From Ophelia neglecta (taxonomy: Eukaryota), in the NCBI GenBank assembly GCA_965285935.1, contig OZ260664.1, positions 54,684,001 through 54,748,000 on the forward strand: a stretch of DNA of 64,000 nucleotides. Reading direction: 5' to 3'. The notes under the pieces were generated by a model. The model had not been told where the DNA came from. It did no database searches and worked only from the letters and a program-made list of their open reading frames with translations. This document shows, piece after piece, positions 25,914 to 40,589 of this stretch (position 1 is its first letter; each line of letters begins with the position of its first letter). A program made the translations under genes and the position numbers.

Positions 25914-28900
25914 GTAAGTAAAAACAGAAGTCGGACAATAGATTTCAGCTTCATTTTCATGTGCTATATTTATGTTTTGGGCAAGTAGTTTAAAAAAGTT
26001 TTTTCAGACCCTGGGCTCTTGTGAGTACACAAGGTGAATTTAATAGCCTGTTGTAGCCTGGAGAAGTAGTATTATAGTTTATCTTAATGCCGTTCTTACA
26101 GGTGACACAGCATTTGATAAAAACAGAATTAATTTGTGATGACCATTGTGATAAACCCCATTTTACCAAGAAATACATTTACATACAATGTATGTATTTT
26201 TGAGTGTCTATTCAACTATGAGAATAGAGAGCAAAGTTGTATCAAAAGGGAAGTGTAGATCTACTTTAGAATTTCTTATTTCCATTAACCGAGTTTCTTA
26301 ATTTGAATGAAAACTAAACCAATAAAAAGAAACAAAGCCCTTTATGTTTTTGACAAGATTTTAATAGGAAAACATTTATATCTATACAGAATATACATAC
26401 CTGTATCAGCAGTGAAATTAATGTATAAATATAAAGAGTAAACACAAATTTGTATGAAATATGTTTACATTTTATACTAGTATACATGTATTTTTATGCT
26501 TTTGAAGTAGTACCTGTTTCTAAACCATACAGGATAGAAAGGCACTTAAGGTTTTGCCATAAACCCCCATCATAATGTCTTATTTTTTTCGTCATATTCA
26601 AAACATTAGGGAAATATATCTGCAAGTGTTATTAAAAAATTTACACAATGAGGACCAATAAGCTTGCTTCGTATATGCAGTTCTTCAATACTACCCTAGA
26701 CGTAAACACAACCATGCGCACTTCACTTTTTACTACCCAGGTGCTCATGAAACCACGTAAAATAGTTCGCCAGAAATGTGGCATTTGTCAAATATGTAAC
26801 CATCTAGCAGTAAATTAATGATCATACTTAGGTTCAGATGTCCCAACTTGTCCATAAAGAGCCTTGAAATCAGAAAATTCAGGAAAAAAAAAGTTAATAA
26901 GTGCTGGGACTAGCTTCGTCACAGGAAGGCCAGGATTGGATACCCAATGGCCCCCTAAAATCGCTACATTTTTCTTTGCATTATCATAAGTAATACATAT
27001 GATTTAATGAGCAAAATTTATTTGTCTGAGAATTTATATCATGTATTTCAATAAAGGGGTGATTAACAAACTCAAATACCAGCCAATAATTTTCCCAAGT
27101 TAAAGTATACATGCCCCACTAAGAAGCAGTGTGAGTGAGCTTTAATTAGACTATCAGTGATCTTCATCTGCATGCAGCCACAAACTACCTAATGTGATAA
27201 TAACAAGCTTCCATTACCCTTAGTTATATAGTGAATGTACGTCTGCTAAATCTTATCAAAGTTACTGGAGCCTATCCTTGGTATTGTTTAGGTTTTCTAA
27301 AAACAGATGCCTTTCTTATTATTGCAGCCAGGTAATTACCTATTTTTACATTCCAGTCCACTTTTAAAGCCAGGTGTGAAGATCTTAAAATGATAAGAGT
27401 GTTCAACGTTGGGTTGAAGAAGGCACTGAGAATTACTTGTCCTTTTAAAGGACACCCCCCATGGACTACATGAATTGGTCTTAGGGTGAAGCCGATAACA
27501 GGTAATGTCCTAGGGAATCTCAACATTAACACCTTCAGCAAAATTGTTTACCTTTTCAATAATACTTCATATTGATGGCAGTTGAAATGGAATTATATTC
27601 GGATGGTTTATAGATATATATTGATTGCATTCCAACATTGAGCAATTAGTAATGCAACTTATAATGGCTAAATTTTTAATGCATTTTCACTGACGGGTGA
27701 AACCTGTAAACTCGACGTTTGAAAGGGAAATTGTGCCTCAATCTACATGAACATTGCAGTTTTAGACCTTCTAACATTTGTTAGTGTATTTGTTGAAATC
27801 CATCTTGCTGCCTGAACAATTCACCCGTGAAGGACTCCTACAATAAATTATAGATCAAACGCAAAACTATCATTGAATTACAGTTATATACAATGCACGC
27901 TCACATAATGTGATAATATACAGTCATGCCTCATTACCAATATTGTGTCAATTTGTGAATTATTTAAAACCTTACTCATTTTGATTATTTTAATTGCTGG
28001 TAAGGTGTTATTAACAGGAGTAGGCACCTGTCCTACGTGATAATTACATTGTGTCTGATTTGTTGACGAACACCTAGTAGTGATAATGCATTGTCTTGGG
28101 CACATGAAAGGGAGTGTGTAAGGCAAAAGATCCACCTTGACAGGGCGTCATTATTTCCGTGACTGTCTCATCACCTGAAAGAATTAAAGGTAAGGATTAT
28201 TAGAATCAAGGGAATGTACATCAATGCTTTCAGTATACTTTTGAAAAGTTGATCATGATTTAGGGGGAGGGGATACTTCTTTGTGCTGCTAGATTTGACT
28301 AAATAGCCCATGGTTCCTAAAGGAATAATTCACAATGAGTTAAAATGTAATTATATTTACCTGTGAAACTCCTTGTGAAATGCTCACTTCTGAAATACTA
28401 AAAGGTGATCTGTCCCTTGTCCATGAAGGAAATTTGAATCATTATCACTGAACTAGTTGATTCTTGTAATATTCATTCAGCATCATTGAAAATTTGAAGA
28501 CAAAAGTCCTTTTCATTAAATTCTAGATTATTAACATATATTAATGCCTTTGCAGGTGATGTGTCATTGGCTTGTCTTATTTTGACCATTTTTTCTAGGG
28601 ATTTGATGTCCAAAATATGTAATGAAATAATATCTGTTGTGAAATGAATTCAATTTGTGAGGTATTGGGGTTGAAAGCCCTCAATTACTTTAAATTTTCT
28701 GCTCTTTAAAGATGTAGCCAAGAAATTCCTACTATTAAATTTGTAACTGTAACAAATTAAGTACAAAAGCCTCTTTTTCAGGTGATGGTTTAGTCCAAGG
28801 AGGTAACTTGAAATTGTCCAGGCTTGTCAAATTGACATTTCAATTCACCACATGTAAGTTAATGTTTTATAATTAACCATGGCAGATTAAAGGCCATGTG

Positions 28901-29325
28901 TAATTTAAAACATATCCTGTCAAGATTTTCTGGTAAATTTTCACACCATGTTCCCAATCTGTCACTCAAAACACCCATTTAGGGCTATCCAAATCACTGC
29001 CATGCACACAGGGAATCCTCTACAGGCCTCCAGCAATGAGCCATTGCTATTCTCCAGAAAGCAGGGGTGAAAAGGACCATTCATCCCCTCAGTGGGGGGC
29101 TATTTTGGCCCAGAAGACAGTGACCCACCTGGTATTTTACCTTGTGGGATATTAAAATGTTTCCAAAACAGGTCAAACTTTCCATAAGGTTTATGTGAAA
29201 GTTCTAACCCCCTATCTGACCCTTAATTGTATGTTATTCAAATTGGTGCTACTGAGTTTATTTTGTTGCAAAAAACTGATTTTCATTCGAATGTTATTTA
29301 GAATTTGTATGACACAGGTGCCTGC

Positions 29326-29385
29326 TGGAGTATTAATGAAGGAATGAATGATTTGGAGCATTAATGAAGGAATGAATAATTTGGA
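29326..29385. repeat. Tandem duplication, 2 x 28 bp
   Basis: tggagtattaatgaaggaatgaatgatt / tggagcattaatgaaggaatgaataatt. Confidence 0.9.
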
Positions 29386-32300
29386 AAGGGAAAAACCTGT
29401 GTCCTATATTTCGGTGAATGCACTGTCCAACAAACTATATGCTTCTGTGATCTATTGAGAAATGTTGTGAACATTTTGGGCAAAATGTCATTTCAATTCC
29501 CTTTATCATACTTTAAATAAAGCTTTGCTGAGGTAAACTTAGTGCGGCTGTAAAGAATTTACTTTCATTTTTCAATAGAAGTAAGAAATGTATTATTCGA
29601 TAGAAATTCATGAACATTTCTTTTTTATTTTGCAGTTGTGAATTAAGCATCTGCTGTTGATATACTAGATCGCATTGTTAGAGATGTAGCCATTGTTTTT
29701 TTTTAAACTAAACCAGTTTTAGGCCCATTTGTAGGAAGCGGATGCCTAGCCGATCGATATGCTATTCAAAACATTGAAAAAGTGAGAAAGTGCTTGTCCT
29801 TTTGAGAGTTAATCCCCTTATTATCTGAAGGTGCTTGCCGACCAAAATCCTTAAGTAAATAAGCGTCTCTGTTGAAGGTTGGCATTTCAGAAGAGTATGT
29901 CTTTTTCAGTGGCTGTGTCAGTTGAGGAAGACTAATATTAACAAGAAGTTGAGTGATAAAAGGGAGAAAACACCAATAACCCTCACAGAAACTAGCAAGG
30001 ATTCAATTGATTGCTCATCCCAAGAACCACAGACCGCTGATTTAGGTAAGATTAATGATTTTTCTTCAAGGTGTTTAATTGTCACTACACAACTGATCAC
30101 AGCACTTTTTGCTCGTTATAAAATGTACCAGGCATGCTAACAACCCTAACTTCCGATGCTGTTGCCATAGTTTGACACAGTGTATTTGAAAATTGTCCGA
30201 CAAACTATGATTAATTAATACATCAGACTAAGACAGATTGAGTTGTTACCTAGAATGGCCCTCCCCGGCTATTAACCTGCCCATTAGCTTAATGTTGTGG
30301 GCAGGGTTCCATTCAACGCAGTCTAACTGACAGTTTCTGTTTATTTCCACTAAAGTCACATTATCATTAGTGGTCCCTTCCATTTCATTGCCTGCCCAAA
30401 AGAAAGTGATTTAATTTTTTGGACATGCCCCTTTTCAGGCCTTGGAATCTGTGATATATCAAACCATACTTGGTGGCTGACAAGCTTTTTTTGATGTCTG
30501 GGTCAATTACTAGTAAAAATATCAAATTTATCTGGCCTCACATTTGACAATGATTGGGAAATGTGCACAAAAGCATGGAATTTCTTAAGTCCCTGCCGAC
30601 AGTTTCATGACAACAAAATCCTTTTCAGAGTTGTTAAATTACATGAAAGTTTGTAAATATGGAACGAAAGCTGCAAAGACAGGTTTTCTAGACCGAAACC
30701 TGCAGCATAATTTCATGAACAGTACATTTCTTTTGTGATATGTGATATAGTGCTCTTGAGGCTCCAGCATTGCGGGGAAAACGTTTCATTTTATACATTT
30801 TTGTGTGGTAAATATAGTCCTTCCTTTGTACAGTGAATTTTCCCGAGTCAGTTTATATGATTATCATTTTGACAATTATAGAGGCAGACATTGGGCCAGA
30901 CTTGTGTAAAAAATCCTTGATGAAATGTTTACTACTAAAAGTTCACCTGGTGTCATGATGAGACGAAAACAGAGAAATTATAAACTTTCATTATTAACAT
31001 AAATCATCTGAAGTGAGAAGGATTCCCCATCTGAACTTGTACTGCATTTTACACAATTGACACACCCGGCTGCCTCCTTACCAAAGCCACCTGGTTTACT
31101 AAGGCACCACTATCTTTATCTTATTGCACACATTTTATATGGAAGCACCCCGACTGTAAACAACCTCTGTTTGTCTTGCATTTTCTGCTTCTTCTTTGAC
31201 TTCATTTCATGTAGCAGACCTCCTTGACTTAAATAAAGTAATCTAATTGTAAATAAACGGAGGTCACTAAATAAAGTCGTCTACAGTTGTATTTGCATAA
31301 GTGACAATATTTCTCTATTTCGTGATATTCCCTAGACGGATTGCTCTCCAGTTAAGCACAATGCTCATATTTTTCTTTAATTAAGGTCTATCAATGTGAG
31401 TCTTGGATATTTCTGCTTTCATAATATTTCTTCAAGTTTACAATCTCAATAACATGTTTTCAACATGGTCACTCACTGCTAATGTTTCACAAAAAATTAA
31501 TTCATAATGAAAAGTATGAGTCAGTATAAAGTCGCATTGGTAAGGGGATTTGCATGATGTCATAATCTCTCTAATAGGCCTTTGGACGTTCCTCTTGTAT
31601 TTTGGGACACAAACTACCTTAAAATACATGTACCGGTATATAGTTTTTGGACGATATTGTAGGTTGACTTTTCCAAAGAAGCTCAAGGTTTAGGTTCAAT
31701 GAATTGGACTCTCTGCTTTAAGTATAGGCTAGAGAACAGATACCAGTCTTTTAATCTTCCCTTGATAGCGATCAAAGATTCACATCTCCCCATTTTGTAC
31801 TCCTATCTATCAATCAAGTACCTGCTGAGGTATCTAATTTATATATAGTCATCAACATGCCTGGAGATATGGCACCATATATTTTAGGGCTGTTTCTCTA
31901 TTGTCGTTCTTTGCATACTGTATTGGAACTCAACATGCAGCTTCTTACATGCATTAATATAACACTGTAACTCTTTAACTTTTTTAATTCAGACCAAAGG
32001 TAATTTTTATCTTTACCAATTTGGCCTGACAGTGTCAGGTTTCAGGACAGCTATTCACTGTACTACGCCAGGGTCAGGTTAATTGCATGTTTGGTGAAAG
32101 TAATATTCACGCCATTGTGAAGGATGATGGTTCAGCTATTATGTGAGGGATGGTCATTTATCCATAATGTCAAGCCTTATAAATCAGTGCCATATCCTCT
32201 ATGAAAATATGGTTCAACAATCTGTGTAGATTTTATATGAGACTTGAAGATGCTTTAACAAATTATCAATATTATTTTATTGCAATAACTAACATAACAG

Positions 32301-34938
32301 TATATCTTTTTTAAGTTTATTAGCACCACCATATAGTTATGAGGAATAAATGTCCCAAAATATGAGCGTAAATAATAACAGCACTTGAAGAGTGTTCAGT
32401 ATCCTAGTCATGCTGAGTTTAAAGGGGCTTATATCTGGCTCTACATGAAGAAAATGCTTTAACATTACGAATAAAAATAAACGGACTGCCTATCTTAAAA
32501 GCGTAATTAAAAAATACCTATACACAAGATTGACATTCATCAAACCATTTGATGGAATCATTTCAAATCAAAGCCAAATGAAGTGTTTGAATTGTATTGC
32601 GTGCTTGAATGACGCTGTAGTTCAAAAATCTGCCATTGGAGCTTTTTTGGCAAATAGGGAGAGGTTGGTTATATTACATTTGCCTTCTTGGATGAATGCG
32701 TACGCCTCCAATGTCCAATGCCAAAAACAAAGAAAAAGCAAGTACAACTAGCTAGGTACAACATTTTATAAATGGTCATATAACGTAAGGTTGGAAAACC
32801 TACTTGACCTTGCTACAAATGAAACACACTTGTTGGCATCGCACAATTACATTATTTTGCAAGATTTATTTTTCTGAAAATATATCGTTGAATTATATCC
32901 CTCTTCAATGCTATTTTTGAAAATTAATTATAAGAAATTATGATGAAAAATTTTGTTGGATGATTTTGGACAACACCTGTATCAAGTGAAGTTGGGGCAC
33001 TATGTTAGAATTATATATTTATCAGTAGTTTTGTGTATATATTTGGTATCAACAAGAACGAGCAAAAAAAAGTAAGTGATAAGAACTTTCCACCATCTCA
33101 GCCCTACCAAGAGCCATTCCCATCAATAAAGAGAGATTGTGATTCATAAATGAGCACACTTTCTTGATGTCTAATATTATTGCATAGTTGACAAATGCTC
33201 AGCCCATTCCCTGCTTAGAATATTATTTAAGATATCATTATGAATACCGTTACCTTAAGTATGCATATATATATATTTTGACAATCATATGAATTATCAT
33301 ATGAGTCAGCCATGCAGCTTTTACAGTAGTTGACAGGTTATATAGTTAGAGGTAAAAAACTGGTTTCCAGGCATAATTTCATGATTACTTTGAGGAAATA
33401 GCAAGGAAGGCAACCTAAGGCAGTTATGCTATATGAAAGTTTAAAAAAAATGTGTTGACTCTGGAACGTAAATTATGATAATGAAAGGAAAGTCTCATTC
33501 ATTTTAATTATACAGGCCTAGAGCTACATTTTAAAACATGTATTTTAGCTTTTCGCTCTAACTTAGTTTTCTGATTATAACAAGAGTGGTTCCAAGAGTT
33601 TTGTAAGGAACATGGATTGCTGCCAATACAAGAAAACATTTGTTCGCAGGTGTCTTGGCATGTTCTAGGTAGAACAGACTCGAGGAAAATGCATAACTTT
33701 GGAACAAAGATGTCATTTTTAAATTTTGGCAGAATATCTGCTATATTTCTTTTAAGAGTTTGGCATTTCTTTGTATTATTCCACAACTATAAATAGAGTA
33801 AAGCATGTTCTAGTCTCATGAATTCATCATGCCTATAGAGGGCCTCATGTAGTGAATGTACATGTATTCCAGTCTGTATCAATGGTCGCTTATGATATTG
33901 CCGCCTAGTGGATTTAATTGAAAATGGTCTTTTTGAAGTTCAATATGAATAGTGCTCTGCGGCCCAAGTTATCTGTGCTTGAATTTCTTTCTATAAACAA
34001 AACTTTATAAAGAGTCACATCCTCACTGAGCTAGAATGACAGCCAACATACAGCTCAATGTTTTGTGAGTTTCAGGTGCTTTTATTCCCCGTTGGTGATC
34101 AAGTTCCGTTACATTCTTCAGTATACATGTGTTATCTACAAAAGCCTTTAAACTCTTATGAATTTGATTTAAAATCTGTTGCCAAAGGTCTTAATTCACT
34201 AATTTAAATTGCATTGTGTGTATGAAATATCAGTATGTTGTATGGGTAAGTTGGTTTATATTTCGTCAGAAGACGGCTGGATTGTTTGGACATTTTACAG
34301 AGAGAACCGCCCGTTCTTTCAGCCCCTCAGTTGGGAGGGGATTGAAGTAAGACGATACAACAGTGCTGCCTGGTGCAAACTAGTTATCATGTTTGATCAA
34401 TTTCTGCACCGTGACAACCATTGTTCAAATGAATCCTGCTGAAATTCAGTAGCGTCCAGGTTTGAGGAGCTTATCATTGGCAGCCAGCCGTGCAGGGAAA
34501 GTCGCTAAACTGACGCCCGGTGGAGTGCGACATTTAAAAGCCCCATCACTTTCATTGCTATCCTGTTCTTCATCTTTGGCCCTCATAAGTGTAGACTGTA
34601 AGAAACTTTCTGACCCAGAACAAAATTCTCCCTTCATGCCTTTATGCAAAACATAACTTAATTTTATGTCACATTTTAGGATAAAAGTTAAAACAGGAGG
34701 CGTTGCACCTTTGTATACCTGAATGAATTTGCAAGGAAGAAAAAAGTGGTTATAGCAATTGGTTGTAAAAGGCTGCGACAGGTGGAGAGTGATTTATCAT
34801 GGAAATTATAGTGTTCTCTAATATGCCCAACAGGGTTTTGTCTGTATGCCATGTAGAATAAAAAATGTCGCCCATAATACCCGTAAGGTCTGGTCCACAC
34901 TGACCATGTATAGGTATTTAGTAAAATTGACTCTATTA

Positions 34939-34999
34939 ACAAATTATGTATCACTGAAGTGATACTTATTTACAAATTATGTATCACTGCAGTGATACT
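34939..34999. repeat. Tandem duplication (33-bp period), each copy with an 18-bp palindrome or near-palindrome
   Basis: acaaattatGTATCACTG(A/C)AGTGATACt twice. The second copy, GTATCACTGCAGTGATAC (34981-34998), is a perfect palindrome. Confidence 0.9.
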
Positions 35000-37900
35000 A
35001 GAGATTGATATGAATGTGAAAATTGCTAGAATTGCTGAAAATGTGGCATTTTTTATATTGAAATTATATGATGTTCTCTTTGCATTTATTCAGAAATATT
35101 CAGATGTCTGTTTATTTTATGATGAAACTCATCATAAACAAATAATAAATACTAAAAAACATGTACTTGAGCGTCTCACTAATGCTCAAGAGACAAAATT
35201 AAGAATATAACATCATCTAACTTCAAAGATAAATTCCTCTATCAGAATTTTGTGGTTTTCTTTGGGTCTTGTTATTTTTGGTTTATCACTTGGCATTGTA
35301 ACCTGATGAATGTATGTATTGTTCACAATGCCCTTGGCTTATTTTGTGTCCCTGTTAAGATGTTTTGGAGAGATCGGTGATGCCTTGCTGAAGACAGCCA
35401 GCTCAGTATGTAAAGACTAGAAGCCACTTGAACTATTGATTTAACTTTTGTGCCACTTTATTTCACAAACCCTTAACCCTAGTCTACAGGGTGTGTAAGC
35501 ATTTAATGCAGCATAAAATACATGTAATGTTATTTTGAATACAATAGGAGGTAACTTTCAGATGAAAATAAAATAAGGTTCTTCCTTAAAGAATGCATGT
35601 ACATCAGCAAACATAGATTTATTTGACAGTTGGGCTGTGTGCAACATACTAGTTTAGGTGGGTCTTGTCTGTAAGACAAATGAATTAAATAATACATTTA
35701 ACTCTGCTTGAACTGAACATTTAAACATTTTTGTTTTTATTTCTTATATCCTGAATAATAAGATAACGCTATTTGATAATTAATCATGCATTTCTATATA
35801 TATCTGACAACTCCATGCTTTAATGTGCATTTAGTTTTGATAATGACAGCTTCTTTTCTAATTAAAATGGCAAAGTGCCCCAGGATCTAATTGTATTGGT
35901 CTGCCACCTGGGATGTGATACACACCCATATATTGTTACAATCTGATAATTTAATGGTTGACAATCCTAATGACCTACTAATCTTTTATTTAACCTTGAA
36001 GGTACATGATTAACAAATGATTGTATTAAGACTTCTTGCAATTTGAGGATCTAAAACATTATTTAGTTTACATTTCCATTAACTAATTTAACTAGTTTGT
36101 GAAAAGTGACATTTTTACAAGCATTCTAATAAATTACAAATGGAAAAGAAAAGCTGGTCATTAATGGTGAATAGATGTGGTTCTATACCAAGCTTGTTTT
36201 ACATTGGTCTGTGCTGATGACTAATGAAATTGATATCTAACTAGAGGTCTATAAATTTAAAACTGAACACATCGTAGAAGTTCATTTAGAGAAAGTATTC
36301 AGGTAACCATATTGTTCGGCTGGCAATTACAATTTATGTCAAGACTTAAAGGGCTTTTTAACTGTAAATCTCAATGTTCCAGCTACTGCGGAGACAAGTA
36401 CATGAACACACCATTATATTTGCCCTTGCCCCATAATATTTGCTATTGAAAACAAACTTCTAGTGAACATTTTATTATGCTGGTAAATTAGATTCTTAAA
36501 AAGAGAACATTGAAAATAATTGAGATTTAAAATTACTCGGGCATTGTTTTGTTCTTAAAAGACAGTGATTTTGGTAGGGCAATCATTGACCATATACACG
36601 CAGGTCTCCATTTCACCCATTAATCGCATGTCATATTTGGACCAAAAGCATCTCTCCGAGTGTGAAGAGGAGAGGGAAAAGGTGAAATGAAAGGAACCTC
36701 CAACTGGGAGAAAACTGTAATTCAATACCGGACAATATTTACCAAATGACTCTTTCTTTGAAATCCTTCAAATCAGAATTCTTCAATTCTTTTGGTATTA
36801 TTTGCTTTTTGGTAATATACATGCCATTGGCTGCTGTTGTAGTGATGCATCCAGGTAGCATGCTGAGTGGAGCTGCATTTCATTACTAGCTGCATTATTG
36901 TGCTCATCATTTCAAATATTAATATCTGTTACGTGTTAACAGAGGTGTAAACAGGACCTATCACCAGAAAACCTAAACCATGTAGTGAAAGTCATTATTA
37001 TTTATACATGTATATGGTTTATATGATCAACTTGTCATTTTTTTAGAGCCTTTTGATTCCTGTTTGTGTTGATTAGCTTTCAACTACTATGCCTGTAAAA
37101 ATTAGTTGTTAAGGAAGGTTCACATGCAGGGACATGTATGTACACGATTTTGTGTTTTATTATATAGTATTACTTGTATCCAATTTCTGCCTTTGAGGTT
37201 ATATCTGGAATTGAAATTAGCATATTTCTATCCAATGTGCCTTGTCATAATCAGGAAACCAGTCTGTTGTGGAGGCCACATTTCATTAATTACCTTCTAG
37301 ATGACCACACATGCCTAATGTTTTACCTGCAGAGCCATCAGATGCCAAACAAAGGCGGTAATCAGTTAGGTTATTTCAGCCTCTTTGCCCCACGCTGGGG
37401 CGAAACTGCTACAAATAAAACTCTTGTAGGTAGCATAAGAAGTGGGCGGGTTCACTTCTCTCTGCTCCGATAGTTTTCACAATTTCACATTTGGAAACAA
37501 TGCCCAACAGCTGGGTGTCAGACGAGAAATTAAGACAGTTAAATTAATGATCAAGTTTGCATACAAAATTGCACTAGACCTAAGCAGAATCATTACTGGC
37601 CTGTGGCTCCATTGGAAACTGAAGGGGGACATTTTTTACTGAAGAGGCAAGGATTATTATAGGATGTTCATGGTGACATCACTGCCTGAGAACAACTTTT
37701 CTGACATCATGATGTGTGTTTGGCTGTAATGTGGTAATTATTAATAACATATTTTATCACTGAATGAGGCTGTTTTTGGATATCTTGTTTCATGCTCTTC
37801 TTTAGCATTGTTCTTCTTATATGATATCTTATATGACAGCTCAGAATATATAGTTATACTGTAAAGAACAAAACTTCAAAGACATTAAATTTTGCATATT

Positions 37901-40506
37901 TTTAGAAATTAAAAATAAGCATAAATAAAGTGCATGTGATAATTTATAGTTTCAATCATACAAAGGGACAAATATAATAAGCAAATAAAATGAAAAAACA
38001 GAAAAATACTCTCAAAATTACAAAAGACATAAAACATTTCATAGAATGAAAAATATTGTGCCGTACAGGTAGTGTAGATTTTAATTTATCAAAATCCATT
38101 TAATATGCAAGTAAAATGAAAAAGGTGAATAAAAAGGTTCAAGGGAAATAGAAAGCTTTTAAATGCTATATTTTTTTTTAAATTATAATAAAGAAGGCAT
38201 AAATTTGTTATTGTTTATGATTACACTCTCTATACTGATATTAATATGAAACCTCATTTTTATCACTTAACAGTACCGTCGACTTTGTTAAGTCCATTTA
38301 AATGCAAATATGGTCATTGAATATTTATGTATACTTTAGCTTAAGTGTATGCAAAGAAATGAATAGTCCTTCCTCTCCGCTGCAGTAGTAGGAAGATCAC
38401 TGCAGACTTTAATGTGTGAATGTTGACTTCAGCACATGTCAGCTCAGTTTAACGTGATATGGAGGTGCACATTCACCATCTCAAATCAAACTGAAATTTG
38501 AATATTAAATCTGGAATGTCTATTTACATTCTAAAGCATGTATGATCATCCATGGACTATTTGATAATTAATTTCTCTCTGGTTTCAATAGTGTATTATT
38601 GTCAGCTTTTCAGTAAGGGGTATAAGACTGAGTGCCAGTAATATGATACGGAAAGGGTCAACATTTTTCCTGTCCAAAGTCAATTTGCATCATTTACGAA
38701 GCTTCTATACCCGAAGTGGCCTATCAGCATAGCCGATTGTTCAATAAAAGTCCATCAAAACAATATTCACACTGTTATCCCCAGTTGGCATGCCCAGTCA
38801 ATCGCCTGCTAATTCTTAAAGTTTCCTGGCCATTGCTAAGAATAAAATATTTTAGTCTCAGGTCATTGCAAGTACTTGTATATGTTTAATTGTCTGGTAT
38901 TATTGCTCCTTTACTGTATATGGATGCACATGAATAATACTTCCCATTTACTTTGTTGCATTTTTGAGATCTACAATTTCTAAGAAGTGAAAAGAGGGCT
39001 GGAATTTTCCAAATGAAAAATAAACTTTTATTTTTCCGAATGAAAATTATTCATTTTGCCATCAATTTAGATCATTCATTTTGTGATCAATTAACTTCAT
39101 TTATTGAAGCGAAATAAGAAATATATTGGTACATGTACATGTTACAATGTTCAAATTATCTCACGGAAGGTATCAGCATAATTTGACATTTACTTATTTT
39201 GATGGCAAGTTAACAGTATGAGTTTTACAGTCTATAATTTATTTATATTGTTCAAGGCAAATGCACAAGACTCAGTAATAATTCAAAATAATAGTTTTGG
39301 TAATCAAGAGCTTTTAATGTAAGAATTTGGAACATTTGTAATAGAAGGCTATAAAACCACATATACTGTTAAAATGCTGCATAATATTATTGTATACATC
39401 AAGGCAATAAAGTTACTGATAATGATTAAATGGCAATAATAGGAGGCAGGTCTTTTAGTAATTTTAACAAAATAACTGAATTTCATTCCAGTCAAATAAC
39501 ATTAATCGGTCTAGGTTGTTAAATGACCTATAGTCCCCTCCAAGACTCAATGACTGGTCATTGTAGCTCCACCATCCACATGAATAAATCTCTCTTTGAA
39601 CAAATTTATCGCCTGATTCAAAGCCAATGTCCTGGTTGTCGGTAATAATGCATACACGTGTATCTATAATGCTACCATAATGTCCGGTAGATATTGGGCC
39701 TGCTTCGGGTGTCTAGGAAATACCTTTAATGCACCTCGAAAGCATTGCGGTCAATACTTCCTTGGAATAGAGTCCTGAATAAAAGTTATGGAAATTGCTG
39801 GTTATAAACATTTCCTTTTAATAGGATTACAAAGAATGAAAGTATAGACTATAATTGTCTTTAATCACCCAAATATATATTGGATTAGAAATGAATGGTG
39901 CCTCATTTCTGACTAGTTAATATCCTAAACAATACCTGTGTAATATATAAAGGGCATTGTCAAGATCGTACCTCGTACTATAAGAGTATAGAGCTCGGTG
40001 TGATAGTCCTGGGGCTGTTTATACCGGTGGGTATGTGTTCATAGCCTGGGAGATGTGTGTTCATCCATTTACATGAGGAAGGTCAAGAGTTGTCCAATGC
40101 CTAGCTCCAGGTGATATTTACTGAAGGAAATATTGTACATTCAAGGGGCCTAAAGACTCATTGATTATTCATCTAGAATGTAATGTGCAGGTACCTGTGA
40201 ACAAGACATTGGGAAAAAATATGAATTATGTGCTGGATTCCATTTTAACTAGATCTAGCGTGATCTCTTGATTACATTGAGTTTGAGTGTCTTTTGAAAC
40301 AAAAAGTTTCAAGACTAAGGATAGAGCAATACATTGATAAAAATGTTTTTTGCTTAAATGTATTCATATGTATTGGAAGTTTATAAATTTGATAGTCCTT
40401 TAAAATGATTTTTAAAAGCCTCCCATTTAGATACTATTTTGCAATAAATGTGTCCCATTCTTTCACACATCATTTGTATTTGTGAAAGCTTGAAAATATC
40501 ACTCAC

Positions 40507-40589
40507 AAACATTGTGTGTTGCAAACTTTAATAGTAAAACACTCGAAACATTGTGTGTTGCAAACTTTAATAGTAAAACACTCGAAACA
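40507..40589. repeat. Perfect tandem duplication, 2.1 x 39 bp
   Basis: aaacattgtgtgttgcaaactttaatagtaaaacactcg twice plus aaaca. Confidence 0.95.

Noticed and set aside
23122-40589. Short direct repeats as possible CRISPR-like arrays
   Set aside because: Each is a two-copy head-to-tail duplication without spacers, in animal DNA with no cas genes.
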